Shown: positions 1 to 10,005 of the stretch, one piece after another
How the letters are laid out: the number at the start of each line of letters is the position of its first letter
Numbering within the stretch: position 1 is the first letter of the stretch
DNA from: a virus
Lineage: Duplodnaviria; Caudoviricetes
Virus record (IMG/VR): IMGVR_UViG_3300038549_000019
Location: 1-55,216 of that record
Reading direction: 5' to 3' (one strand)
Length of the DNA: 55,216 nt
Made by a program: the position numbers and the translations under genes
The notes under the pieces: generated by a model
Seen by the model: only the letters and a program-made list of their open reading frames with translations
The model's database searches: none
Told to the model about the DNA's origin: nothing

Positions 1-603
1 GGGGGTCCCGGTTGTGTCAATCCCTCGCACTAGGCCGTATGCCGTCACGTATCCAAACTCGTTATTTTCGATGTCCTGGGTTGCTACACCTAGCATATAA
101 TCCGCTGCCACCGACCCATCAGCAACCGCCGGGCCGATTTTGAGTTTGCCACTAGCGCCAATCGTGCCGGTCGCCATAACAGCCATTCCGTCCGTTATCG
201 TGCTGCCGGATGTATTTTTTGCGTAGTAATGCAGTTCCTGCCCGCATTGCAAAACAACATCGTTCAGGAGCCCTACATCTAGTGTCCCATCATCCTCATT
301 CCACTGGATCCGCCGGGGCAGTGTTACATGTGGCCCTACCGCCGCTAGGTCTATATAATCAGTAGCCACTGAGTTGTGAGCAGTTGAAGGCATTGATATA
401 AGGTGCTGTACGATTTGCTCAAGCCTCGCAAGCCTGCTTAGAGCATCGGCTGCCCTGGCATCGGCAGCTGCGGCCTGTTGTTCCAGTGCGTCACTACCGC
501 CCGCCTCCTCCAAAGTCTGTGTTTGGACGTACAGGCGTTCAAACTCTCTGATTGCCTCCTCATCCGGTAGGAAGGCGGAAAGCTGACGGCGCGTAAACCG
601 CAT
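1..603 (-). CDS. 5' part of tail needle-like virion protein (truncated by window edge)
   Basis: Allele of 34519-35907; ATG at 603. Confidence 0.7.
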   Translation of the reverse strand, partial: MRFTRRQLSAFLPDEEAIREFERLYVQTQTLEEAGGSDALEQQAAAADARAADALSRLARLEQIVQHLISMPSTAHNSVATDYIDLAAVGPHVTLPRRIQWNEDDGTLDVGLLNDVVLQCGQELHYYAKNTSGSTITDGMAVMATGTIGASGKLKIGPAVADGSVAADYMLGVATQDIENNEFGYVTAYGLVRGIDTTGTP

Positions 604-604
604 A

Positions 605-2008
605 TCAGACCCCCAGGGGCTCGAATTGGGCTTCGAGACGTGCAAACGATGCCCTCCCTGTGCTATCGCCTCGGAACCTCTGGATCCGCCAGTTCCTCAT
701 AAACCCTTGGGTTCTCCAAACCAGGCGTTTTTCCCTTTGTCCGCTAGTCCCCAGTCGGATTGGGCGGTCCTGGCTCCATGTTTGCCCGTCCGTTGAGTAT
801 GACGTTGTTATCACAGGATTTGCGCCGTGCGGGATATTCCTGGCGATGGGCACTAGCTCGATTTCGTGGATGACGGCCCCTCGGGAGTCATTGTATAGGA
901 TCCGGGTTGAAAATTCCCACCCGACAACCTGCCCCCAGTGGTGGCCCGTTGTCCCGTCGATGTAACCAAGGGCGGCTCCAGCAGGATCACCAACCTCCCA
1001 TCGACCATGGGCCCAACAGTAGTCCCGAGCCCTAAACTGCCCGCTACCGGCTACACCACTCGTCAGGATCGACCAAACAGGCCCGCCCACTGCTTTTGAG
1101 GCTGTCAGGTCGAGGGCTAGCGTTTTGTCTGGTAGATGAACCAGCAGAATATGATTGAGTTTATCATGTATTGCCTCTAGCTTCGCCTCCGCTAGGGTGG
1201 CCTCACTATATCCCCTCAGTATGGTTTCGATCTCTGGGGTTGAGGCCCTAGTGGCTGTCGCGTTAGCCCCTAGCCAGATAGCAATTGGCTCGTTTCTGCC
1301 CGATCCCATAAAAGCTATCCCATCGTCAAACGCACAGCAGGTGTGAGCGCCGACAGACCCTCGGGTAATTTGTGCCCCTGGAACCCGTTGGAACGGGAAT
1401 GCCGTCCCGCCGATGTTAGTGAAAACCTCGATTGTGTACCTATTGACGGCGTAGGGCTCATTTCTGATTTTAACCAGCGCCATCAACGTATCCGGATCAA
1501 CCTCGCTCGATCCGTATTTCAGCGGGTTAACCTGGGTGGGGTCTGAGAGGTCCGTCACTATTAGATTTGTCCCATCGTGGACCATGTAATACCCGTCTAC
1601 CCAAATCACATCCAACGCGGTGCCTAGGTCAGGGTCCACTACCTGCGTTAGGGCGGTCCCATTCCAGTAATATAGCCTACCGCCGGATGTGACGGCCAAC
1701 CTGCCGAACCCATAGTCCATTGATACGAGGCCACCGGTGCCGACGTCTCCCAGGGTCACATAGGTCCCGTTTGCATTGACCCTAACTAGTTTGCGTCCCA
1801 TTACTCGGTAAACTTCACCCTGCCAGACAATGCCCCCCCGGTTTAGCCCAGGGCCGGTCCCCAACTGAGTAATCCCGTCGAGCGGTCGCAAATATCCACT
1901 GCTAATACCACTCTCCCCAGCCACCGGGACTAAATTAACCGGGTATGCGGTCCTGATGTCCGGGCCGTTGTCGGTAAATACGCCACTCAGGATAGGGATT
2001 TGTGTCAT
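605..2008 (-). CDS. P22 gp10-like tail hub / DNA stabilization protein
   Basis: 467 aa; D-GYY, NEPYA and C-terminal RLVWRTQG..RIQRFR features; position after gp4. Confidence 0.85.
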   Translation of the reverse strand: MTQIPILSGVFTDNGPDIRTAYPVNLVPVAGESGISSGYLRPLDGITQLGTGPGLNRGGIVWQGEVYRVMGRKLVRVNANGTYVTLGDVGTGGLVSMDYGFGRLAVTSGGRLYYWNGTALTQVVDPDLGTALDVIWVDGYYMVHDGTNLIVTDLSDPTQVNPLKYGSSEVDPDTLMALVKIRNEPYAVNRYTIEVFTNIGGTAFPFQRVPGAQITRGSVGAHTCCAFDDGIAFMGSGRNEPIAIWLGANATATRASTPEIETILRGYSEATLAEAKLEAIHDKLNHILLVHLPDKTLALDLTASKAVGGPVWSILTSGVAGSGQFRARDYCWAHGRWEVGDPAGAALGYIDGTTGHHWGQVVGWEFSTRILYNDSRGAVIHEIELVPIARNIPHGANPVITTSYSTDGQTWSQDRPIRLGTSGQREKRLVWRTQGFMRNWRIQRFRGDSTGRASFARLEAQFEPLGV

Positions 2009-2470
2009 TTATTGGACACCCTTGAAAACCTGCACTGTAAATCCGACGGTTAGGTCATCCGCAGCCGCATCAATTGCGGCGCTATCCCAAAACCGCACAG
2101 TCGCACCAGGAGGCAGCCAGCAATCGACCGGGATTGAGACCTGGATGACACTATCAACAAACGAGGTTTCCCTCGCCACCCCTTGCATGAACATGTAGTT
2201 CCGTGCCAGGGATGCCGCCTGGACGGCCCCTGCCGAGTAATACCCCATTAGACCGCCGGAGGCATCAGTCAATGTCAGGCGCATTTGTCGATTACCGGCT
2301 GTTGCGGTTGATGCGAGGCGTGTGCTAGCCATGCATAGTTTCCACGTCTCGCCTGCTGGGACGGTCCACGATTTGTCACTATCGTTTGTGACGTTATCGT
2401 AGTAATGCCTCAAAGGCGCGACACTGGTAACGCAGTCGGTTCTATTGCTCCCACTCAGTTCATATTGCAT
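2009..2470 (-). CDS. Hypothetical virion-module protein
   Basis: ORF conserved in both copies; start MQYELSG chosen to avoid overlap. Confidence 0.6.
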   Translation of the reverse strand: MQYELSGSNRTDCVTSVAPLRHYYDNVTNDSDKSWTVPAGETWKLCMASTRLASTATAGNRQMRLTLTDASGGLMGYYSAGAVQAASLARNYMFMQGVARETSFVDSVIQVSIPVDCWLPPGATVRFWDSAAIDAAADDLTVGFTVQVFKGVQ

Positions 2471-2478
2471 TTCTGCTC

Positions 2479-2835
2479 CTATCCAATACGCCAATTGGTG
2501 CCATCGCAAAACACTGGTACGACATTCGCACCGCCCCCAGCCACAATCGCCCCAATGCCAGCGGTAAAGGCTGCGTTAGAGTCCGTCACGTGAGCCCTTG
2601 CCCCTGCTAGGGTGGCGGATGCCGCTGGGAGGTTAGCGACTAGATACGCGGTTGTCTGCACATACTCACTAACAGTCAGTGTAGAGGCGGTTGCATCGGT
2701 CATGTTTGTTTGAACAAAATCGCGCACGGTCCCGACACTGACCTTCCGTGCGTCCCCGTCATCTACCGAGTAAGCAAGCAGTTTATCCCCGCTAACCACG
2801 GGGCTTTTTGTTGAGAGCTGGTTAATCGTTGTCAT
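2479..2835 (-). CDS. Hypothetical structural protein
   Basis: 118 aa; ends PVFCDGTNWRIG, a tail-protein-like C-terminus. Confidence 0.6.
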   Translation of the reverse strand: MTTINQLSTKSPVVSGDKLLAYSVDDGDARKVSVGTVRDFVQTNMTDATASTLTVSEYVQTTAYLVANLPAASATLAGARAHVTDSNAAFTAGIGAIVAGGGANVVPVFCDGTNWRIG

Positions 2836-2838
2836 ACG

Positions 2839-3321
2839 CTACTCCAGGTCAATAGGGCTATCTGGCCCGACTACGACATTATCAGTAGGGGCAGGCATGA
2901 AATTGGAGCCCGTGTCGTAAGTTGGTTTGTGGCCAGCCCCGGACGGTAGGCCGATTGAGTATTGCATTTGAGGCGGGATCGCTGCCCTGGACAACAACAC
3001 ATTATAGGCCTTGTATGCCGCGACCCTGGAGTCCTGGGCTGGTGTTTTACCGTACCCGGGAGCGAGTTTGAGCGCCAGATTGACGATAATAGCCTCGTTG
3101 GCCGAGTCAGGGACGCCTGTTGCCTCGTCGAGGTCGCTATCGTCGGGATTGGATGGGATCGGGTAGCCTAGTCGGATACCCTTCCCGTTCCATTCGGCCA
3201 ACATACTATCGAGCCGCCGTAGCGCCCTCTGGAGATCCTCCGGGTTGAGGTCAAAAACATAATCCGCCAACCCGAGTTCGGCGAATGCCTCAGAGATAAA
3301 TTGGCGCTTCGTATAGCCCAC
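2839..3321 (-). CDS. P22 gp4-like head-to-tail adaptor
   Basis: 160 aa; LDSMLAEW..GIRLGY, NLALKLAPGYG, LPSGAG motifs. Confidence 0.85.
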   Translation of the reverse strand: MGYTKRQFISEAFAELGLADYVFDLNPEDLQRALRRLDSMLAEWNGKGIRLGYPIPSNPDDSDLDEATGVPDSANEAIIVNLALKLAPGYGKTPAQDSRVAAYKAYNVLLSRAAIPPQMQYSIGLPSGAGHKPTYDTGSNFMPAPTDNVVVGPDSPIDLE

Positions 3322-3323
3322 TT

Positions 3324-3620
3324 TTACACCCCGTTGGCGGTTTTTGCCTCATCGATTTTGTTAATCAGTGTCGCATCGGCTGTCCGCCCATCGAATTTGA
3401 TGCCCAAGGCCTTGGCTGTGGCTTCCAAATCTGCGCGGGTAGGGGCCCGATAGGGCTTTTCAGCATCCAAAACACGCACTGGACGGGGCGCGGGAGCCAT
3501 CTGAGGCTCATGGAACCATCCGGCCTTGATGGCCGCGGCATAGTCGTGGGCATCGACAACCAGCAGATACTGCTGGGACCGCCCGTCAACCGTTTGAAAC
3601 ACGTAACGTGGGAACTCCAT
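3324..3620 (-). CDS. Hypothetical protein with small C-terminal helical domain
   Basis: 98 aa; LEATAKALGIKFDGRTADATL. Confidence 0.6.
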   Translation of the reverse strand: MEFPRYVFQTVDGRSQQYLLVVDAHDYAAAIKAGWFHEPQMAPAPRPVRVLDAEKPYRAPTRADLEATAKALGIKFDGRTADATLINKIDEAKTANGV

Positions 3621-3684
3621 GTAATCCTCCTATGGTTGCAAGATAGGTGGGAGGATTCCGCCCCCCACCTAATCTTACGGCATA

Positions 3685-4329
3685 TTAAGCAATGCGGTAG
3701 GTCACAAACGTGTTCGCCGCTGTCTTCCGCGTCCGGAACATGGCGCTATTCCCGTACACCCCACCGGTCGAGGCATGGGCGGACTGGACGATCGGGTTAC
3801 CGACAATGGTATGATCGGTTCCAGCCGTCACCGTGATGGTATCGGCAGCGGCAGCACTGAGATTAATGAGGCTCCAGTCGAATGCCTCGTTAATCTGGAG
3901 ACCGGCACCGGCATCCGACAAAGTGCCAGTGGGGAGCGTGTAGGCCTGAGTAGCACCCGCTGCATGGGTCCCGGTGACGATTTTGGTCAGCAGTTCCGCG
4001 ATTGTCAGGGTTGCAGCCGTGGTTTCTGCGGTCGGAGCACCCTGCACAAGTGTCCCGGCGGCAACATCAGCCGATGGGACAGTGCCGATGTCATACGTAG
4101 CACCACCGGCACCCGCCTCAACCCGGATCTCAGTCGCGGCGGAGAACGCGGTTGACACGTATTCGGTTCCGGCGGTTGTCTCGGCAACAAAAACCCAGGC
4201 CTCTGGGTAATTAGTGGTCGCGACCTTCTTGTATAGCTTGCACGGGGTCACCGAGAAAATGGCGACTTTGGACGAGGCGGGAACGGTAGCCGTGGCTGTT
4301 CCGTCGCGGAAGATGTATTGCTTGGCCAT
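3685..4329 (-). CDS. Putative capsid decoration / minor structural protein
   Basis: 214 aa, Ala/Thr-rich, immediately downstream of coat gene. Confidence 0.55.
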   Translation of the reverse strand: MAKQYIFRDGTATATVPASSKVAIFSVTPCKLYKKVATTNYPEAWVFVAETTAGTEYVSTAFSAATEIRVEAGAGGATYDIGTVPSADVAAGTLVQGAPTAETTAATLTIAELLTKIVTGTHAAGATQAYTLPTGTLSDAGAGLQINEAFDWSLINLSAAAADTITVTAGTDHTIVGNPIVQSAHASTGGVYGNSAMFRTRKTAANTFVTYRIA

Positions 4330-4359
4330 TGTTATCTCTCCTTTCTATAAACAAGGGAA

Positions 4360-4385
4360 AGGCGGGCCGGGAATCCAGCCCGCCT
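4360..4385 (-). terminator. Hairpin after coat gene, probable intrinsic terminator
   Basis: aggcgggc-N10-gcccgcct followed on the minus strand by ttcccttgttt. Confidence 0.55.
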
Positions 4386-4396
4386 GGGTATCACAA

Positions 4397-5671
4397 TTAG
4401 GTCTGGCTAAACAGAATGATCCCGCTCATTTCGGGCTGTTTGTTCACAACACCAAAGAGTGTGTCCAGACGATACTTGGTCTTCATCGTGTTGATGTCAT
4501 ATTGCTTCTGCATGACCAGCTGGATGCCCTGGTCGGTCGCGCCCTTCATGACAGCGGCACCGGCATCAGACGGGACCGCATAGCGACCGGGCAGGATTTC
4601 CAGCGCGTCACGCTGCCAGAAAACATTGATCGGGGCAGCCGCGGTGTTGAGCCAGACGATGGCGGAGTTGGCAGCCTTGGTGTTGATGACACAATTCTGA
4701 TACATCTTTTCGGCTGCGGTCGCGCCCTGGGCCGTAATCATGGGCGGGGTAATTTTGAGCGTGGTCCCGTCAACAACTTCCACAACTCGGAACGTCTTGA
4801 GCTGCCCAGTATCACCCTTCGTGATGTGGTGCACAGCATTCAGGGCGGCAACCGTGAAACAGTCGCCAGCAACCACGCTAGCCGTCGAGCTGACCGTGAT
4901 GTTCTGGAACCGATTATCAACGTTGCTAACCTCACCGGTGGTAGCGGTCGAGGTCGCCTTGGGGGTGTAGTAATTACCTCCACCGTCCAACGTGGACATC
5001 GTGATAGCACCACCGCCAGCAGCCGCAGTGATGCGCTGGGCATAATCGAGCTTGTAGGTATCGAAGCCAGCGACACGGCCTACGAACGAATCCGAGTAGG
5101 CCTTTTCCGACTTGCCATTGCCGAACGAGCGGCTAGCCTTGGAAAGGTCGCCAGCCATACCGTTATAGTCACGGCTAGAAAGAGCCGCGTAACGATCCCA
5201 GGATGGGACACCCTGCTCGTTCATGAGCGCGTCGCACAGGGCCAAATCAGCATAGCCGGAGGCAGCCGCCGTTACCTTGACAACGAGGGAACCATACAGG
5301 CTAGCGGCGCTCAGCATTGCAAGATTAATATCGGATGCCAGCTTCTGCTTAGCCGCCTCGCCCAACCGGCCCTCCTGGAGGGTGTCCCGCAGCTCGGCAG
5401 CGGTCAAGGTCCAGGGCACAGACTTGCTATACCCGAGCGTGGCCGGGACGGAAAGCTGAGTCTGGTCGCCAAAGTTGGCAGACATATCGGTGCCAGTGAA
5501 GCTCTGCATGATGTAGGGCTGAGGACGCCAAACGATATTGTTGGCTCGTTCCATCATCGCGTCATCAGAGCGGTAGACGCTCACATTCTTGCTCAGGACC
5601 AAGGCATCGTTGAACCCCTCAAGCAGGGTCTCAAACGCCACTCGTTCCTCTTTGCTAAAAGCGTTGCTCAT
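4397..5671 (-). CDS. Major capsid protein, P22 gp5 family
   Basis: 424 aa; MSNAFSKEE, WRPQPY, RLDTLFGV..QPEMSGI; follows scaffold. Confidence 0.9.
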   Translation of the reverse strand: MSNAFSKEERVAFETLLEGFNDALVLSKNVSVYRSDDAMMERANNIVWRPQPYIMQSFTGTDMSANFGDQTQLSVPATLGYSKSVPWTLTAAELRDTLQEGRLGEAAKQKLASDINLAMLSAASLYGSLVVKVTAAASGYADLALCDALMNEQGVPSWDRYAALSSRDYNGMAGDLSKASRSFGNGKSEKAYSDSFVGRVAGFDTYKLDYAQRITAAAGGGAITMSTLDGGGNYYTPKATSTATTGEVSNVDNRFQNITVSSTASVVAGDCFTVAALNAVHHITKGDTGQLKTFRVVEVVDGTTLKITPPMITAQGATAAEKMYQNCVINTKAANSAIVWLNTAAAPINVFWQRDALEILPGRYAVPSDAGAAVMKGATDQGIQLVMQKQYDINTMKTKYRLDTLFGVVNKQPEMSGIILFSQT

Positions 5672-5683
5672 TTCTTTTCTCCT

Positions 5684-6529
5684 TTAGGACTGCTTGTCTC
5701 TGATTTGTCGTTTGTAGGCTGTCACTTTGGTATAGTCTCCAGACCGGGCAGCCTCTTCCCGAAGTCTTTCGAGCGTTGAATCCACCGTGCCGGAAATATT
5801 TCGCCCGGTTGCCTGGGGCACCTTCTCGGGGGGTGGAATGGGGGTGCGTTTTGCCATTTTGATTTGCGCCTCAAGTTTTGCAGCCGCGAATGCAAATTTC
5901 ACAGGGTCAGTAATGCTAGCGAGTTCCTTAGCCTTGGCTGGAGACTTGCCCAGCGCGTAAACCATTTGGGCCGGGTTGGTGCACCCCTGGATGAGGATTC
6001 CCTGCTGGACCTGGCTCAGGGTGGTAAAGACTTCCGATTCAGCCTCTTCAAAGTCATCAACCTCTAAAGATGTCTTAGCCTTGCCGTAGTCTTCAACCCG
6101 GGCCTGCCACGCCCTAGCTTGCTCCTCTTCCTGAGCCTTAGCCTTAGCCTCAGCCTCGTCTTTCTTTCGCTTTGTTTCGTACCAGCGGGTAAGATCCTCC
6201 TCGTACCTTTCGGGGTCCCATTCGCAGCCCTCCAACGTGGGCTTGGGGCCGACGGCCACTTCCGGAGTCTTGGCCTGCTCGTACTCCCGGAGCCTTTCCT
6301 CCAGCTTTCGCTTTTCTTTCAGTGTCTCCCTGTGAGCTTTGCGTAGCTCCCGGACCCACTCAGGGGCTTTGTGCTCCTCTTCATGGGCAGCGGGATCCTC
6401 TCCAAACGTAACAATGACTGATTCCGGTTCCTCGGTTGGGGCAGGGGCTTCCCCACCCTCGGGCGTCTCACCCGTAAGAGGTTCCTGGATCTCGGCTTCT
6501 TGTGGCGTTTGTTCTTCGACTTGGCTCAT
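5684..6529 (-). CDS. Scaffolding protein
   Basis: Acidic coiled-coil protein between portal and coat; C-terminus A..SGDYTKVTAYKRQ resembles P22 gp8 end. Confidence 0.8.
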   Translation of the reverse strand: MSQVEEQTPQEAEIQEPLTGETPEGGEAPAPTEEPESVIVTFGEDPAAHEEEHKAPEWVRELRKAHRETLKEKRKLEERLREYEQAKTPEVAVGPKPTLEGCEWDPERYEEDLTRWYETKRKKDEAEAKAKAQEEEQARAWQARVEDYGKAKTSLEVDDFEEAESEVFTTLSQVQQGILIQGCTNPAQMVYALGKSPAKAKELASITDPVKFAFAAAKLEAQIKMAKRTPIPPPEKVPQATGRNISGTVDSTLERLREEAARSGDYTKVTAYKRQIRDKQS

Positions 6530-6539
6530 GATGCGCCTT

Positions 6540-8654
6540 TCACTCCCCATTAAGGGCCGGGGGATAGCCCATATTGCCTAGCGCGTCCGGTTCATCGGCT
6601 GGACGGGTAGCCGTAGTATTCACCGCCTCCTCCAGGACTCGGGCCATCCTGACCGCAGCTTCACCGGTCTTGATGTCCAGCTGGGATAGTGTTTCTGCTG
6701 TTTTTGCCCTGGTCAGTTCGGTCTCTGCGACCGTTTTAACCGCATCCGTTTGGGCCTTAATTGCCTTGGCTTGTGCTTCGGCAGCCGCTGCCTTGAGGTA
6801 TTCGGCCTGGGGGTCAGGCTGTTGAGCATTCAATGCCGCCTGCATGGCTTCCAGGTCCGCTTCAGTCGGCTTGAGAGCACCGAGTTTGACCAGCTTCTGC
6901 CTGAAGTATTCCCTGACATCCGTGATGCCTTCGCCTTCGATGTTCATCAGGACCATCGCCTGCAAAATCTGCTGTGTCTCTGGGTCCGTCACCACCGGGA
7001 GTAACGCAGTCAGGGATTTGACTGTGGCATCCCGCCTGCTCTGGCTTGTTGGGCCCACTTCCACAGAGACATCCATGTTGGCGGTTGATAAATCGTTCTC
7101 CAGCACAACCTTGCCGGTCTTGTCTAGCACTTTCCGGCCAATTGTTACCGGGAACGCCTTGCCCGATGCATCGAACCCCTTCATCCTGCGCTCTTCATCA
7201 CCAGGGCTATAAATCTCCTGGGCAATCGAGAGCCAAACCTCGCCACATCGCCGGACGGCCTTGGCCATGTTGGACATATAAATGAAGGACTGCATGTCCA
7301 GGCGCGTTTGGATTAGCTCAACAGCCTTGCCGGAGATATTGCTGACTAGATTATCGCCGTTTTGAGCACCACCCAGCAAGTCCTTGAGATCTTGCTCGGT
7401 CAGCTGCAACAAGGCCCCCAGGGCCGGTGGAACCTGTGGGGGCTGAGTTGATCCGACTGGGCCACTGACAACAGACTGGCCACTCGCATCTGTGACCGGG
7501 TTAATCAGCAGGTAGGGGTAATTATTGACGTTATCATCCGCCCACATGACCTGATGCCCTGAAACCTGCTCAGGGGTAAAGATTGGTTTCTGGACAGGGG
7601 ATAAAGCAGAAATCTCACCAAGGCGGGAAATCTGCATGTTTTTCAGCCGCTGACTGTCCTTTGCTGTGCGGACATGCCCCTGCATTCGCTCCACGCCGTC
7701 GATTACCCATCTCTTACCAAATACAGGGATGATGGGGATGTGCTTACCAGCGATAACCCCGCAGTCCTCAAGCACCTTCCCACCTGACATGAGATACTTG
7801 TGGACTCTGCGCATCTTAATCTTTCGGCGCTTGATCTCTTCGGACCCAGTTGAGTCCAGTTCCCTCAGCAATGCACCATCATCGTCCTCAAGATCATCCA
7901 AGGTATGGGATTGCTCCTCCCCTGTAATGAGCCTGTAGGTTACTAGCGTATCGCTCTGCTCCTCAACAACGTAGTATTCGGCAATGTACACCGTGTCCGG
8001 AGTTGACCAGTCAAACATTGACGCATCAATAGGCTTTTCCCAGGAGGTTGGATCATCACCCCACTCTGCGAGGTAATCCTCCCTATCCTGAGGGACCAGT
8101 ACGAAACAATATTTGGCGTCTGCCTTGTCCTGGCGTCTTGCGGTAGGGTCGAAAAACACACATGAATCGGCGTCAAAAATCGGCTCGAACCGCACACGTT
8201 GGCGGTCGTCCTCGGGATCCAGTTCATTTTCATAGCAGGCCCGGACTCGCCACGCCCCAAATCCGCCCCCCACGGCTTCCTCAAATGCATTATCGTAGGC
8301 CTCATCAGCGGCGCTATCCTGCTCATCTGCTCGATACAACGCATCGCATGTATCCGCCAATGAGTCCTTCTCACTGCCGTCCTTGGGGACAAAATCAACA
8401 CTGATACGGTTGTTCCGGTATTCATTGATGATGCGAATGATGTTGAGGTGAACTTTATTAACCTCAAACATTGGGCGGTTCTTGAACTGCTCTCCAAGTG
8501 CACCTTCCCACTGGGCACCCGCGATAGAGTAAAACCGCCTATCCTCAAGGCAAAGCTTGCGCTCATCCTGGCAGGCATCTATGGTCAGGTCAAACCGGCG
8601 CAGAGCCTCAGTGTGGACCCTGCGGAGGCGTTCCTCTGTGCTCATTCGCCCCAT
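6540..8654 (-). CDS. Portal protein, P22 gp1 family
   Basis: 704 aa; GAQWEG, FEVNKV, GGFGAWRV, SGKAV, long helical C-terminal region. Confidence 0.9.
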   Translation of the reverse strand: MGRMSTEERLRRVHTEALRRFDLTIDACQDERKLCLEDRRFYSIAGAQWEGALGEQFKNRPMFEVNKVHLNIIRIINEYRNNRISVDFVPKDGSEKDSLADTCDALYRADEQDSAADEAYDNAFEEAVGGGFGAWRVRACYENELDPEDDRQRVRFEPIFDADSCVFFDPTARRQDKADAKYCFVLVPQDREDYLAEWGDDPTSWEKPIDASMFDWSTPDTVYIAEYYVVEEQSDTLVTYRLITGEEQSHTLDDLEDDDGALLRELDSTGSEEIKRRKIKMRRVHKYLMSGGKVLEDCGVIAGKHIPIIPVFGKRWVIDGVERMQGHVRTAKDSQRLKNMQISRLGEISALSPVQKPIFTPEQVSGHQVMWADDNVNNYPYLLINPVTDASGQSVVSGPVGSTQPPQVPPALGALLQLTEQDLKDLLGGAQNGDNLVSNISGKAVELIQTRLDMQSFIYMSNMAKAVRRCGEVWLSIAQEIYSPGDEERRMKGFDASGKAFPVTIGRKVLDKTGKVVLENDLSTANMDVSVEVGPTSQSRRDATVKSLTALLPVVTDPETQQILQAMVLMNIEGEGITDVREYFRQKLVKLGALKPTEADLEAMQAALNAQQPDPQAEYLKAAAAEAQAKAIKAQTDAVKTVAETELTRAKTAETLSQLDIKTGEAAVRMARVLEEAVNTTATRPADEPDALGNMGYPPALNGE

Positions 8655-8676
8655 AGTACCCCCATATGATTATAGG

Positions 8677-10005
8677 TTATCTCCACCTGCTAGCAACAGG
8701 CAATGGTATAAATTCCTGTTTGGCTGGTTTGGGATTAACGATGCCGCCGAATAGCTCTGTCAATACCCATATCCAGGCGTCGGCCCTATTAGGTGATTGT
8801 GTCCCAGTGTATCCTATGGTTGACATCGCGGTAAGCTCGTCCTCAAGTTCTCGGAACTCTCCAGCGTGGCGTATTTTGCCTTGCTCATACAGCGGGGCAA
8901 ACGGTTCCGCTCGAACGGCCTTCCCGCGTGTTGCGGTAACTGCCCGGTATGGCGTCCTGGGCCTAGCCGTCTGAATGACTTGTTGGACCATGGCCCCGCC
9001 GTAGTTGGTCTCACCAACCACCACATCCGCCCTATGGCGATCATACGCGGTCGCTACAACCCGGCTCCACGTAGAGGGCCCGGCCTTGACTGTGCAGTCC
9101 TCAAGCAGGTATGCGTTTCCGTCCGTCCCTAGGCCGCCAACAACGATACCGATGGCATCGTGCTCCGATCCGTCCCCGTCCCCCGCCCCTGATGGGTCAA
9201 CACCGATCACAACCCGCACTAGGTCAGGAAGTGGTTTATCGAGCCAACGCCACTTATCGATATCCTCATCATGGAATAGCGCGTTGGGGGTCGCATCGGC
9301 AAACTCGCCAGCCAGAAACCGTTTTTGCAGACGCGGGCTCAATCCCTTGAGGGTCTCCAGGTAGGCTCCATCGATGTTATCTCTGTTGTCATCCGGGTTA
9401 ATTTTGAACCATGCATACTCTTCTGGGTCTCGCACCGGGAATTTTGTTTCAGGATCCCGTTTTTCAATGAACATGCGATACGTCCAGTGGTTTTTGGAGG
9501 GCGGGTTCTCGTCATAATACATGCGTGGCTTGAGCGTGGTTGGCTCACATCCCTCCATCCGTTGGTCCACTAGCTGCGCCAGACGCGTTACTGCGATATC
9601 TCGGGACCCCTTGGGTATCTGTGACGCCTCATTGAGATAGATGGTGGCGAATTCCATCCCTAGGATCTTCTCGGTGCGCTCTTTATCATCGAGCCCTCCG
9701 AACCATATTTGTGAACCATTCTCAAAGTCTGCGTGCCAGTCTGTTTTGTCCAACTTGTATTTAACACCTTGGAAGCATAGCCGCATCACCTTCGGGAAGG
9801 TGTCCAACACAACCGATGCCTTCACGGCATTAAACCTGTATCGCAGGATAGCGTGACGGCTGTTCGGGGCTTTGAGCGCCCGCATACATACGGCTCTCAC
9901 CAATAGGAAGGTCTTGCCACTGCGGCTTCCACCCACCAGCATAATATGCGTTGCGGGCCCGGCCAGAACCCGCATTGCCTCCTGCTGTTTTTCGGTGAGC
10001 TTCAC
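8677..10005 (-). CDS. terL: Terminase large subunit
   Basis: Walker A GGSRSGKT, Walker B IYLNEA, nuclease GVDPS and PNRADA. Confidence 0.93.
   Translation of the reverse strand: MKLTEKQQEAMRVLAGPATHIMLVGGSRSGKTFLLVRAVCMRALKAPNSRHAILRYRFNAVKASVVLDTFPKVMRLCFQGVKYKLDKTDWHADFENGSQIWFGGLDDKERTEKILGMEFATIYLNEASQIPKGSRDIAVTRLAQLVDQRMEGCEPTTLKPRMYYDENPPSKNHWTYRMFIEKRDPETKFPVRDPEEYAWFKINPDDNRDNIDGAYLETLKGLSPRLQKRFLAGEFADATPNALFHDEDIDKWRWLDKPLPDLVRVVIGVDPSGAGDGDGSEHDAIGIVVGGLGTDGNAYLLEDCTVKAGPSTWSRVVATAYDRHRADVVVGETNYGGAMVQQVIQTARPRTPYRAVTATRGKAVRAEPFAPLYEQGKIRHAGEFRELEDELTAMSTIGYTGTQSPNRADAWIWVLTELFGGIVNPKPAKQEFIPLPVASRWR

Noticed and set aside
3641-3675. Hairpin after the decoration-like gene as a terminator
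   Set aside because: Stem is real but has no convincing U-tract on the coding strand; left uncalled
4214-5779. 521-aa plus-strand ORF
   Set aside because: Antisense shadow of the coat gene; truncated to 209 aa in copy 2
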